From positions 179,056,001-179,120,000 of the forward strand of contig OZ024743.1 in assembly GCA_964016885.1 (NCBI GenBank): 64,000 nucleotides of DNA, given 5' to 3'. The stretch comes from Eledone cirrhosa. Taxonomy: Eukaryota. Position 1 is the first letter of the stretch, and each line of letters starts with the position of its first letter. This document shows positions 52,306 through 64,000 of this stretch, piece by piece. The notes beneath the pieces are model-generated. The model worked only from the letters and a program-made list of their open reading frames with translations, was not told the origin of the DNA and made no database searches. The position numbers and the translations under genes are program-made.

Positions 52306-53185
52306 GCTCAAGTATTAATGTAAGGGAGATATATAGAGATATATAGAGAGATATAGAGAGAGAAAAATTTAAAAATAGCCAGACATATTCGAGGCGTAGA
52401 AAACCCTATGTTTTAATGTATTAGTATTTATAAAACTTACACTATATTGTAAATATCAGTATTCCTGAATGAAACAAGTATTCACAATGCGTGAAAATTC
52501 ATTATCTTATGTTTAGTTTTTAAAAAAAATTCATATGTCTATGTGAATCCAACTGATTCACTCCGCAAATTCAAAGTTACCGGAAAACATTCTCAATGTG
52601 GTATAAAAATTTGAGCGTATTATTATTCTTGCGATTACTCTACAAGATTATCTATCAAGCAGAAATAGAGAGCAGATTTCAATATACTAATCGAAAATAT
52701 ATATTATATTATAAGCAGAGATAACAATAATAATGATAATAAGTAAAAATATATAAAAATATAAAAATATAGAATAGAAAACTAAAAAAGAATATTACGA
52801 AAGAATATTACATAATAAAAATATTGCATATTAAAAATACTACGTATTAAAAATATTACGTATTAAAACTTTACATATAAAAATATTAAAAATATTAAAA
52901 ATAAAAATTTACATATAAAAAAAATTTAGACATCGGTCTCTTTACATGAAGCTCTTCGCTTTATCTATTTTTCCATCTCTCTATTTTGTCCCATGCATTT
53001 CTTCTTTTTCTTTTTCTTCTTTTTCTTCCTTTTCTTCGTTTTGTCTTTCTTTCTTTCTTATTTCCCTCTTTTCTCTCTCTCTTTCTTTCTCTCTGTATTT
53101 TCACTGCTAGAGTGAACCTCTTCAAATGAAGTTGATGTTTATTACGGTATGTCGAATATATTTATCTATAAAACTGTTTATATTG

Positions 53186-53251
53186 TATTTTGTCTGATGA
53201 AGGCATAGCATATTGTTAATATGATATCCCCGAAATATATATAATGAAATA
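53186..53251 (+). ncRNA. Type-I hammerhead ribozyme, intact core
   Basis: TATTTTGT CTGATGA agg..CATATT gtt AATATG..ccc GAAA T ATAT A TA ATGAAATA. Confidence 0.75.
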
Positions 53252-53379
53252 AATATGGTTTTATAAATATAGTTTTCCATTTATTTAATATTGTAAATAT
53301 ACTCCAAGTATTTGTCGAGTGCTTTTATATCAGTTATAAATATTTACTAGTTGTAACCCAACAATTTTAAATATAACTT

Positions 53380-53423
<44 letters not shown>

Positions 53424-53582
53424 TATTGAAATTTCCGTTGGAGACAGAAAAGGTCATAGAAATGAAGAGTGCTCTATGTAAGTATCAGAGCAAAATTTAA
53501 TGTATAAAAATCAATACAATATAATTGCCTCATTACCAGAGGTTTCCCGAATGAGGCGAATACGAAATAAACGACTTCATTC

Positions 53583-53644
<62 letters not shown>

Positions 53645-53704
53645 TTATTAAAATAACAGATTAAAGTTTAAGCGAAGAATCGCTGCTTTCACCCTTATTA
53701 TTAT

Positions 53705-53737
<33 letters not shown>

Positions 53738-53738
<1 letters not shown>

Positions 53739-54629
53739 GAGGTGAGTCAGAAAATTCCATGACTGATGTCACAAAAGATTTATTTCAAACCTAAATTCAC
53801 ACAAGAGTTTTCTTCAAAGTAATCCCCCTGGAGTTTAATGCACTTTTCCATCCACTTCCTCAACGCTTGCATGCACTCCTGGAAGGATTCTTCCGGGATT
53901 CTCCGCAGTTCCGTCGTCACGGCCTTTTTGATGTCGTCAACGTCTTCAAAACGGGTCCCCTCCGGGTCGTACTAGAAAATCCATGACTCATCACCGGTGA
54001 TGACTGTCCTTAGCAAGTCTGGTTCGGTTTCAAGACGCTCGAGGATGTCCTGACACACTTGCATGCGGCGACCCTTCTGGTCATCGTTCAGCAGTTTTGG
54101 CACCATCTTTGCAGACTTTCCGCATGTCCAAATCTTCAGTGAGAATCTTCCAGACGCTGTTCCGACTCATGCCCAGTTCATTTGCCATCAGGCGAACAGT
54201 CAGCTGACATTCGCTAAGCACCATCTGCCGGACGCGCTCAACGTTGACCTCAGTCCTGGTTGTTGAGGGCCTTTCGCTCCTGGGTTCATCTTCCACGGCC
54301 TCGCGTCCTTCTTTAAACCTCTTGCACCACTCAAAAACACATGAGCGTGACATCGTCTCATCGCCATACATTTGCTGCAGCAATTCCAGTGCTTCTGACG
54401 GAGTTTTCAAGTTTATTCGTTGCTCTCTCCTCTGCTCATTGCTTGACGACCTGAAACAGAGGACATGTATATAAAATTATGAAGAAAAAAGTTTGATCGC
54501 TGCAGAGACCTAATATTACAGTTACATACTCCAGATGGATTATTTGAAGGAGAAAACTCTTAGTGTGAAGTTTGGGTTTGAAATAATTTTTTTGTGACAT
54601 CAGTCCTGGAACTTTTCTGACCCACCTCG
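53738..54629 (-). mobile_element. Mariner DNA transposon, internally deleted
   Basis: TIRs CGAGGTG(A/G)GTCAGAAAA.. extending ~70 bp, TA flanks; HTH (VFEWCKRFKEGR..EDEPRS.RP), VITGDESWIF*YDPE joined directly to C-terminal ..GDYFEE. Confidence 0.92.
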
Positions 54630-54653
54630 TATATATATGTATATATATACATG

Positions 54654-54749
<96 letters not shown>

Positions 54750-55044
54750 ACGAAGGAGGTGTGGTAAGGAACCAGATGCACCATAACGCACCAGAGTATT
54801 CAATACTTAGGATAGTTGTGTTGGTAATATAAAAATGTTTAACCCCGACGGCAGAGCTCAAGCCGTTTCGACGGCTATTTCTGGACTATATATATATGTA
54901 TATATATATATAGGCTTGTCGAAATATAACAAAGGAATATATAAAATCCATGGGTCCGAAATCAGAGACAGAGACGATGACTGACCAGCTAGCTGCTTTC
55001 ACCTCGGACCCATGGATTATATATATTACTTTGTTATATTTCGA

Positions 55045-55103
55045 ATACCTGATGATATCACCGGATTTCATACGGAACCCGGTCATTGAAATGATCATAG
55101 TAT
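55045..55103 (+). ncRNA. Type-I hammerhead ribozyme, intact core
   Basis: ATAC CTGATGA tatcACCGG..CCGGTcatt GAAA T GATC A TA GTAT; palindromic GAUC loop. Confidence 0.8.
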
Positions 55104-56736
55104 AATAAACTTTTGAAGTATTTACACAAGTCCAGCCTCCTGTTATTTTATTTATAATAATTAACTCCGTATTAGCACCACCAACTACACAAACGAAGAC
55201 GGGTGAACTGCACTACGTTGAGTACTCTCCATAATATTACATCAAGATTGACCATACGGAATGACCAATTCTATCCAGTGGTGAACCAACAAACCTAAAT
55301 AATTCTCCAATAATGTTGAGCACTTCCAGATGTAATATTGAACAGCGGCACTGACTTCAGTGTACAGCTATTGCCAGCATGGGATTAACTGAACTACTTA
55401 CCATTCGGATTTTGGATGCACTGTGCTTAAGCATGTATTGACTGAGTTCTCTACTCTATACTTCAGGACTTTTTTGCGACTCACACTGAATTCGGAGACC
55501 CGAACTTTACACTAGGTACCACCTGATACCATTCCATCTCTTCCATCCTCTATATTTATATGTACAACCTTGTATTATCTTACTACAACTTGATCAATTT
55601 TGTATTTCCCCTTTGCTTTGATTCCTCCGATATGTTCTTATATATTTCCGTCTTACTACATCACTACCCTAGCTATGACGGCGTTTTATTTATGTTTTTT
55701 ACTTTTTACCTTATTAATGTATTTTTATTAATGTATTTTTTATTTATTTTTTATATTTTTAATCTTTGTATTTTTATCTTTGTATCCTGCTTTTATTTAT
55801 TTGTGATTTTCTGCTTATTATTCCTTACTCAGGTCATTATGCACCACCTACCCACCAAAGAACCCCACTACTTATAACCCGGACTAACTGGGACTTAAAA
55901 ATAAAAATAATTATAGTCTATTGGCATTTTTCATTGGGTTTTACTACTTTCGACTGATGTGGTGGATATCCCGGCTGTGCCCCGGGCGCTCGGAAAGTTC
56001 AGCCTTCCTTGAGTGCTTGGAAAAATAAATTTTCCCCTCTTTCGGTAAACGAAACTACTCGGAGAGGATACTTTGCCCCGGGGCCCGCCGCACCGCCTGT
56101 TTTGCCCGCCACATTATACTCATACCTATAAACTCTAGGCTTAGGCATAACTGTTAGCTGTATCATGCCTCCCTGTGCTGGAACGTAAATAAACCCCTCC
56201 CGTGTGAATTAATAGTATTCGTTTCGTATAGACGATGGCCTGTAGAAGCTGGTTGACTTCACTCTAGCACACTCGGAACCTATCGCAGTTAAGTTCCTAG
56301 AGTACTCGGAAAAATTAATTTCCATTTATTTCGCTAGACGATACCACTCGAAACTGGCTGACACGTGGTTAGGAGGTGCTGGATGGGATTTAGAATCGAA
56401 GGCTTCTATCTTTACTCTTAATCCCACCTTGATAACTTATCGAGATTCCCTATAATACACTTAAACTTTTTCATATAAGACTCTCTCTGTAATTTCATTA
56501 AATAAATCTCGCAACACAAACCTTTAATTTTCTATTTAATTTTCTATTTAATTTCATCCTATAATTCTTAACATAAGTTAACGTTCGAATTTTCTGTTCA
56601 CACACTAGACCATACAGACACCCATATATATGCCTTTGTTAAAATATGGGTTCTTTAGAATAACATTTTTCGCGGAGTCTTCTAGCATGACTGTAGTATA
56701 ACCCTTACGCTGACTTTTTTTCTTTCTTTCTTATTT

Positions 56737-56816
<80 letters not shown>

Positions 56817-57025
56817 TTTTTCTTTCTTTCTTCTCTTTTGTTATTCTCTGACGGAGAGGTGGTAGTAGATTATAAGCCTTCGCCACCTCCGAATGGCCAT
56901 TAGTAGACCTAGTTGCCATCACTTGAGGGCGACTGACCTAGGTGAAAGCAACTAGTTGGTCAGTCGTCCTCTCTGTCTCTGATTTCGGACCCATGGATAT
57001 TATATATTCCTTTGTTATATTTCGA

Positions 57026-57084
57026 AAACCTGATGATATCACCGGATTCATACGCAATCCCGGTCATTGAAATGATCATAGTAT
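57026..57084 (+). ncRNA. Type-I hammerhead ribozyme, intact core, weakened stem I
   Basis: Same as 55045 copy with ATAC changed to AAAC. Confidence 0.72.
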
Positions 57085-57297
57085 AATAAACTTTTCAAGG
57101 ATTTACACCAGTCCAGCCTCCTGTTATTTTATTTATAATAATTAACTCCGTATTAGCACCACCAACTACACAAACGAAAACGGGTGAACTGCACTACGTT
57201 GAGTACTCTCCATAATATTACATCAAGATTGACCATACGGAATGACCAATTCTATCCAGTGGTGAACCAACAAACCTATATATATATATATATATAT

Positions 57298-57346
<49 letters not shown>

Positions 57347-57620
57347 GAGAGAGAGAGACTGTGTGAGTGTGTGTGTGAATGAAAATACTACAAGGTGAGG
57401 TGAGTGCGATAAAAACAGAAAACTGAAACAAAAACAAATAAATAGATTATCTGAAAAAGGAGAGGGGAGAGTAAGGAAAACTGAGAGGTAGAGGGAGGAG
57501 GAGAGAGAAATACTGTTATATATGGGAGGCAGGTGAGAGAGAAAGGAAAAAAGAAAGAAAAGGTGGTGATGATGATGACGTTGGTAATGAGGGTAGAAAT
57601 GATCCTGAAGAAGAAAGTGG

Positions 57621-57659
<39 letters not shown>

Positions 57660-57891
57660 CGATGATGATAGTAATGATGACGAAAATGATGATGATGATG
57701 ATGAAGGGAAGCAGAAGGGGTGAAGTGGGGTGAGGTGGGGTGGGGCGGGGTGGTGTCTACAAATATAAAGAAAAGAAATTGAAATAGGTGTTAGAAAATA
57801 TCGGGGAAGATAAAAGGATTAGTTGAAGGAAGCTAGGTCAGAGAAAAGAGAGGGGGGGGGGGGCACAGAGATAAATAGATAGATAATGATG

Positions 57892-57934
<43 letters not shown>

Positions 57935-58005
57935 TGATAGATGAAGATAAATACACTGCAATACAGAGACAGTAAGATGAGTTTATAGGGACTTATACAG
58001 GAACT

Positions 58006-58069
<64 letters not shown>

Positions 58070-58328
58070 GTGAAGCTAGTAATGAATATAAATAGGCTTG
58101 GCTAAGAAAGAGAGAAGCGTAAAGGATGATGTGGATATAAATAGATTTACAGAAACTGTGGTGATAGAAGAGAGATTTGGTGGAATGGTGAGAGATTATG
58201 AAACATGGTCTAGAAAAGAGAGACACCCGGTGGGAATTGGTACAGAATGGGTACAATAAAAAATATTATTGTGTGGTGTGATGATGTGTAGTGTGGTGCG
58301 GTGCAATATGGTGGTGGTGGTCGTGGTG

Positions 58329-58397
<69 letters not shown>

Positions 58398-59363
58398 CAA
58401 TAGTTATTCAAAGCGATAATTGATCGGGTTTCAATACCTGGAAATATGTTTTCGAAGTAAAAATTTAACCAGATCTTTGCCTTCTCAGGTCAACTCCGAG
58501 GTCAACATTACATTTCGTCCTTCCGATGTCGTTAAATAAATTAAATAATAGAATTTGGTTGTGGTTTTGAGCATTTATAAAGGCGGTAAAATGACAGAGT
58601 TGTTAGGACATCAGATAGAAGGTTTTGTGGTATATGATCCGGATCTCTGCTCTCTGAGTTCAAATCCCGCTGAAGTCGATAAAGAAATGTACCAGTCTAC
58701 TATTGGGTCGACTTTTCCTCTATATCTCCTTCTCACTTTCTATCCTTGTCTGGAAGAAATCTGTTGAACTCAGGCCGGGGGGGGGGGGGCTCTGTCAGGT
58801 TTAAAAAAATGCGCTAGATACTCTGGAGTTACGGAACCATACCACACCATATCAAAAGCGTAGTATAGGATACTCGTTCATTCTGTGTTCAAACTCAGTT
58901 GTGGCCTAATTGGGTAGTTGTCGTTATTGTCCACCGGTTTCAGTACCACTAATGTGCATTGTGGGAAACATTTACCATCATCCCCACCAACACAGTAATG
59001 GCTGAATGGTTGGCGATCAATACAATTGATCTTGAACCAATACATATCTGATAAAGAGGTGTGAAGCAATTAACTTCATTCATTATGGCTGTTCTTATAA
59101 AAATAATACACTGATAAATAATAAAGGTATATTTATATATGATGATAAGTTTATCCTCTGGTCCCCAATAATAGTGCGGGATGGGGGGGGGGGGGTAAGT
59201 GGGGGTTGGAATAGGTGGGGCATTTGGAATAAGCCGGGGCTGGTGGTGGTGGAAAATCGGTAAATTTTCTATCTTGTCTCCCCGTTGATTAAAAAAAAAA
59301 AACAGAATTAGTCTTTTAGTTTACATATTGAAACACCCAACCCATCGGATTTATTTTATAACA

Positions 59364-60306
59364 TACTAGCAGTAAAGCCCGGCGTTACTCGGCGTCACTC
59401 AGTAGCTGTGTTAAAGTTACAATGTTAAGTTTCTTTCTTGGCTTAAAAACTGTAGTGTCTACTGTGCAGACTTGCATGTGGTGTTTTTGATTAATATTCC
59501 CTCAACCAACAATATGCCTTATGAAGTTAAGAAAACATAACGATAACCCGAATGTTATAACAAAAGAGGATGCTGGGGATAGAAACTGCACTGGTTATTT
59601 ATTAACAAAGATCGAAAATGTAAACACTGCAACGCAGAGAAAAACATTAGCGTAACCAAATTATCAGTTATGTCTGTCTGCACGCCTATATCACCTCTCT
59701 GCACGACTGTCTGTCTGCACGCCTATATCACCTCTCTGCACGACTGTCTGTCTGCACGCCTATATCACCTCTCTGCACGACTGTCTGTCTGCACGCGTAT
59801 ATCACCTCTCTGCACATAGTCTGTCTGCACGACTGTCTGTCTGCACGACAGTCTGTCTGCACGACTGTCTGTCTGCACGCCTAACGACGAAATATTTGCT
59901 TGTTTTACGTAGTCTTTAAATAGACTTGTTTTCAAGTAAAAATATTGTTTTAAAATGCTTTTAAATGGAAATGAAGCAAAACGGAAGCTTAGTGTTCGAA
60001 CTGTTCGTGTATTGTGTTAATGTCATTTTAAACGCTGAGAAAGCCAGCGTAATTTTTTTACGTAAGACGCTCAATGTAAACAGAACAAAGGGAAATAACT
60101 GATAACTTACGCTCAAAAATCGATACATTATATTCGATTTCGTCACATAGGGTGGGTCAATTTGAAATATTTTTTTTCCGATGTCTTCGCTAGGGCTCAA
60201 TGTACAAGTATAGCAATTTCGGTGCAATTCCGTGAGAGATTCTAAGAGGAGATGTGTGCCAAAAATCGATAGACAGACAGACAACCACAGTTTTATATAT
60301 ATAGAT
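59364..60306 (+). mobile_element. Non-autonomous Helitron/Helentron-like (DINE-1/Lep1-type) element with internal minisatellite
   Basis: 5' TACTAGC..GCCCGGCGTTACTCGGC hairpin; (GACA)n then TTTTATATATATAGAT end. Confidence 0.6.
59671..59881. repeat. Minisatellite: 37-bp unit x4 then 16-bp subunit x~4
   Basis: TGTCTGTCTGCACGCCTATATCACCTCTCTGCACGAC repeats. Confidence 0.92.
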
Positions 60307-60879
60307 GAGATAATAACGTGGCAGGAGTGCTACCAATTAAGATAACTTCTCGCCGGAGATAGATTAGCAAAATTTAATAAGCAAGGGAATGGAAAGCATG
60401 TAATTCAAATACTGCCGAGGTTAGCTTTACATTTCATCCTTACAGAGTCGATAAAATAAAGTACCAGAAACGTACTGGGGTTGATTTAATCGACTTTCCC
60501 CTCCCTCGAAATTGTTAGCCCTGTGTCTAAATTAGGGGCCATTGTTAGCGCTTAGAATTGGTGGTGGATTGACGATATCGGTAGGGCATTGGTCAAAATG
60601 CTTTGCAGCAAAATAATTGCATCCCTTTACAGTTGGAGCTCACATCCCGCCGGGCTCGACTACCGACCCAGCTGCGCATATCAATCATGTTCATGAATAT
60701 TATATACTGGAGATGTGACAATACGCCTTTTGGAGTAGTTCGACACCCACATTAGCATTATCCATACGAAATATTTGGGCATACGTGTAGAGTCTTTAAT
60801 ACATCAAAGAAGGACCAGTCGACAGGAATTTACAAACGGCATGGGACTACTTAACTCGTCAGAAGGGGATCTCCAGTAG

Positions 60880-61480
60880 GCACCGGGTAGGTTTGCTACC
60901 GCATGCTGTACGGCAAGATTGAAAATAAGTGCTGAGAAGACTTAGGCTCTTGCGCAGTGCACTTTACATGTGAAGTTTACATGGAGTTTCCCTGAAGCAG
61001 GTGGAGAAATTCAAGTATCTCAGAACGTTTTCGCAAATGACGGAAGACAAGAGGCTAAAATAAACGCAAGTATTATTGGAGCTGGTCGAGTGATACACCA
61101 GATTCATCACCTAGTCACCAGTAGGGAGGTAAGTGTGAAAACAAAATCCATTACCTTCAATTCGATGTTCGTGTCTACTCAATCTTGGGTAATGATCGAA
61201 GGAATAAGAATACGAATACAAGCTGTTGAAATGGGATGCCTCCGAAGGGTCTTTAGAGTAACGTTACTCGATAGGGTATAGAGCTCGGGGATCAGGGTGT
61301 CGCACTTGGTATAAGTGCTACTACTTCTCAGAATTGAGCGATTACAACTGGTCGTCCGGTCATATAGTTATAATATCCATGGAATAAACCGCTAATGATA
61401 GTTTTTACGGGCAAATCCACCCGCAAGGGATCCCAGAGTTAGACTACGAGCAATAAGGGTGGATAACATTAATAAGTTTC
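60880..61480 (+). mobile_element. Decayed RTE-clade LINE fragment (post-RT region)
   Basis: S.KTK..FNS..SW..IQAVEMGCLRRVFRVTLLDRV. Confidence 0.7.
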
Positions 61481-61730
61481 ATTTGAATACTGTCTGGACG
61501 GCACTTGGACCCCTGCAACCAGGGTCCACCCAGCAATAAATTGAAGAAGAAAAAGAAAAAAGAAAAAGAAGAAAAGGAAAAGAAAAAGAAAATTAAAAAG
61601 GAAAATAAAATAAAAGAAAAAGAAGAATTGTTAGGAGTTGTTCTTTTAGCATTAGATATAAGTTGTCCGAGGAAAAAGAACATTCCTCCGTGAATATCCC
61701 ATATCTCTCTTGTTTTAATGAGTGTACATA

Positions 61731-62415
61731 CAGGGTGGTCCGAAAGTCTTGTCACTCCCTACCAAAAAGTAATGAGAAACAGTTTATGTTCCCATCGCAG
61801 TATAGTCCTCTTCGAAGGAACTGGTTTGCTGAATCTTGCAGTGAAGTCAAGTCATGTCGCACATCCTCCATGCTTGTCTGAATGCACACGACCACGTGTC
61901 CGTACACTTGCAAGCAGCCTCTCTTACAAACTGTAGCAGCTCTGAAATAGAAAATTATATTATTATTATATATTATAATAATATAATTTTCTATTTCAGA
62001 GCTGCTGTGGATTGGCAGTATCGGTAGAGGGTCAGACGCTATGCTTTGACGCATTGAGTTACGGCCCTTGCCATTCTGAGTTCAAATCCCGCCGAGGTTA
62101 ACTTTGCCTTTCATCCTTACGGGGTCGATAAAATAAAGTACCTGTAATACACTGGGGTAATAGCATGCCTTGTGCCAAAAGTAGAAACAATTATTATATA
62201 TTGTAATTAATTGTTTCTATTTTAGGCACAAGGCCAGCAATTACCCAGTACATTACTGGTACTTTATTTTATCGACCCCGTAAGGATGAAATGCAAAGTT
62301 AACCTCAGCGGGGTTTGAACTCAGATCATAAAGGGACGTAACTCTATGCTTCAAAAAATTAATGAAAGTTAAAACAATATGTGACAATGGGTGACAAGAT
62401 TTTCGGACCACCCTG
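61731..62415. mobile_element. Tc1/mariner-type MITE with nested SINE pair
   Basis: 25-bp TIR CAGGGTGGTCCGAAA(G/A)TCTTGTCAC, TA flanks. Confidence 0.8.
62007..62351. mobile_element. Tail-to-tail SINE pair (62007-62192 +, 62209-62351 -)
   Basis: Same family as the 20.4-20.7 kb SINEs. Confidence 0.8.
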
Positions 62416-62688
62416 TACATCAGCTGATGTTTTCTTCATTTGTATTAAACATTTTGTGTAATTTGAGGGAGTTTGAGCAGCCAAGCATGTCAATCGCTGC
62501 CTAGAGATTCTACCGTTGGTTAACTTATTATTCATCCACGAGAAAGAGTAGTCCACTATCACTTCCCTTATTATATGAACCCAGCCAGGGGATGTATGGA
62601 TGGGAACACTCGTAATCCCATAAGTGAAGAATGGAGAAAGCATCACTCTACAAACTGACCCCAAAAGTTTGGAACCTTTGCTCTAGAG

Positions 62689-62980
62689 CAGTGATGGGCA
62701 ACCTGCGGCAACGCGAAGCTTTCTGAATGGCTCGCCTAAGTCACCTAAGTGAAATCTTTCTGATTTTTTTACCTCAACTTTTCAGACGTAATTTATCTTT
62801 CTATCATTTTTACGATCGAGGAAAACAACGTGTACGAATTCTGAAGAAACAAATCAAAACAAGCTGAGTTACTGCCCTTTTTTTTAATGTGGGCACGAAT
62901 ATAAATTAGCGCTTGCGGTCCGCCTGATGATGAGCCATATCTCATGCGGCCCGCTTCTCGAAAGAGGTTACCCATGCCTG
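62689..62980. mobile_element. hAT (Charlie/SPIN-like) MITE
   Basis: 8-bp TSD CTCTAGAG on both sides; TIR CAGTGATGGGCAACCT / AGGTTACCCATGCCTG. Confidence 0.9.
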
Positions 62981-63139
62981 CTCTAGAGGTTAGCGAATGA
63001 GACGACCGACACTGTGACAGTATGAGAGTTGGGAATGGGCCGCATTCATACCCACCGTGGAACCACAGTGGTATTTCTGTTACCCGTAGATCCGATCATG
63101 GTAAATGTAGTGGTGGTCGTGACAGTAATGAGGATGATA

Positions 63140-63145
63140 TTATGG

Positions 63146-63199
<54 letters not shown>

Positions 63200-63622
63200 G
63201 AAAGATATTGATGATGATGATGGTGGTGGTGGTGGTGGTGGTGGTGGTGGCGTTGGTGGAGATATTAATGGTGACGGAGAAAAAAGTTGAAGTAAATTTT
63301 ACATAGTTAACAGACTAAAATTTGGTAGAAGAAACGATGGAAAGAGAGAAAAAAACAGCAACTGCAGCAATTTCATCATCATCCTCATCATCATAACCAT
63401 CGACACCGTCATTGCCACCAATGATGTCGTTAGTAACATCATGAAAATCATCATCATCAACACCAGTTCTAAACAAATCCTATATATCTAGCCCCTCCTA
63501 CTAGAAACCCTCAAATCCCACCTTACCTTATGTAAGAACGTTAGAGCTAATGTACTCCTAGATGATGTAATGTGAAGGTACCTGACTTACTGTTTAAAGT
63601 ATTTGGATGTAGTATGGTGCTT

Positions 63623-63675
<53 letters not shown>

Positions 63676-63843
63676 GGTACTTGTAGTAGTAGTGGTGGTG
63701 GTGGTGCTTGTAATAGTAGTAGTAGTGGTGGTGGTGGTACATGTAGTAGGAGTAGCAGTAGTGGTGGTGGTGCTTGTAGCAGGGGTAGTAGTGGTGATGA
63801 TGATGGTTGTAGTAGTAGTAATAGTAGTAGTACTAGTAGTAGT

Positions 63844-63899
<56 letters not shown>

Positions 63900-63908
63900 C
63901 AGTAGTAA
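63140..63908. repeat. (GAT)n, (GGT)n, (GTA)n, (GCA)n microsatellites
   Basis: Direct reading. Confidence 0.9.
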
Positions 63909-64000
63909 CTCTAAGGTGAGTGTATATAGAGAAAGCGAGAATAATGTGGGAGTCGGGTAGACGACAGGGTGACGGGGGGATAATGCGTGAGTGAGTTATA

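Larger units (their letters stand above)
51801..53382 (+). mobile_element. Non-coding PLE-derived fold-back element (arms 51801-52156 / 52933-53294) in (TA)n
   Basis: ~360-bp near-perfect inverted repeat, each arm with a hammerhead. Confidence 0.75.
54919..57278 (+). mobile_element. pLTR/retrozyme-like element: direct repeats 55004-55297 and 56985-57278, 5' inverted piece 54919-55004, in (TA)n
   Basis: Each direct repeat carries a hammerhead; no credible ORF in between. Confidence 0.75.

Noticed and set aside
59671-59881. 37-bp repeats as a CRISPR array
   Set aside because: No unique spacers, eukaryotic context, no cas genes

Overview
Repeat-dense, AT/microsatellite-rich eukaryotic DNA with no recognisable host gene. 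The SINE types and (TA)n load suggest an octopod cephalopod (inference). Positions 1-18.8 kb are a head-to-tail array of four decayed Tx1-clade (L1-like) non-LTR retrotransposons on the minus strand, separated by (AAT)n tracts; a fifth, divergent copy lies at 25.5-31.1 kb. Every ORF1/ORF2 spacer present carries an AGGTAAGT motif followed by a pyrimidine tract. Positions 19.7-22.9 kb hold tandem (ATGT)n-tailed non-autonomous elements with a structured, possibly HDV-like head. The main signal is at 32-57 kb: a Penelope-like element (RT + GIY-YIG) surrounded by non-coding, (TA)n-embedded, fold-back elements. I folded by eye 10 type-I hammerhead ribozymes with intact cores plus several mutated ones, from at least 6 distinct sequence families. 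They include a ~460-bp tandem retrozyme-like array with an octamer motif upstream of the ribozyme. Mariner, hAT, Helitron-like, RTE and SINE remnants fill the rest. All structures were derived manually and none has been tested computationally.
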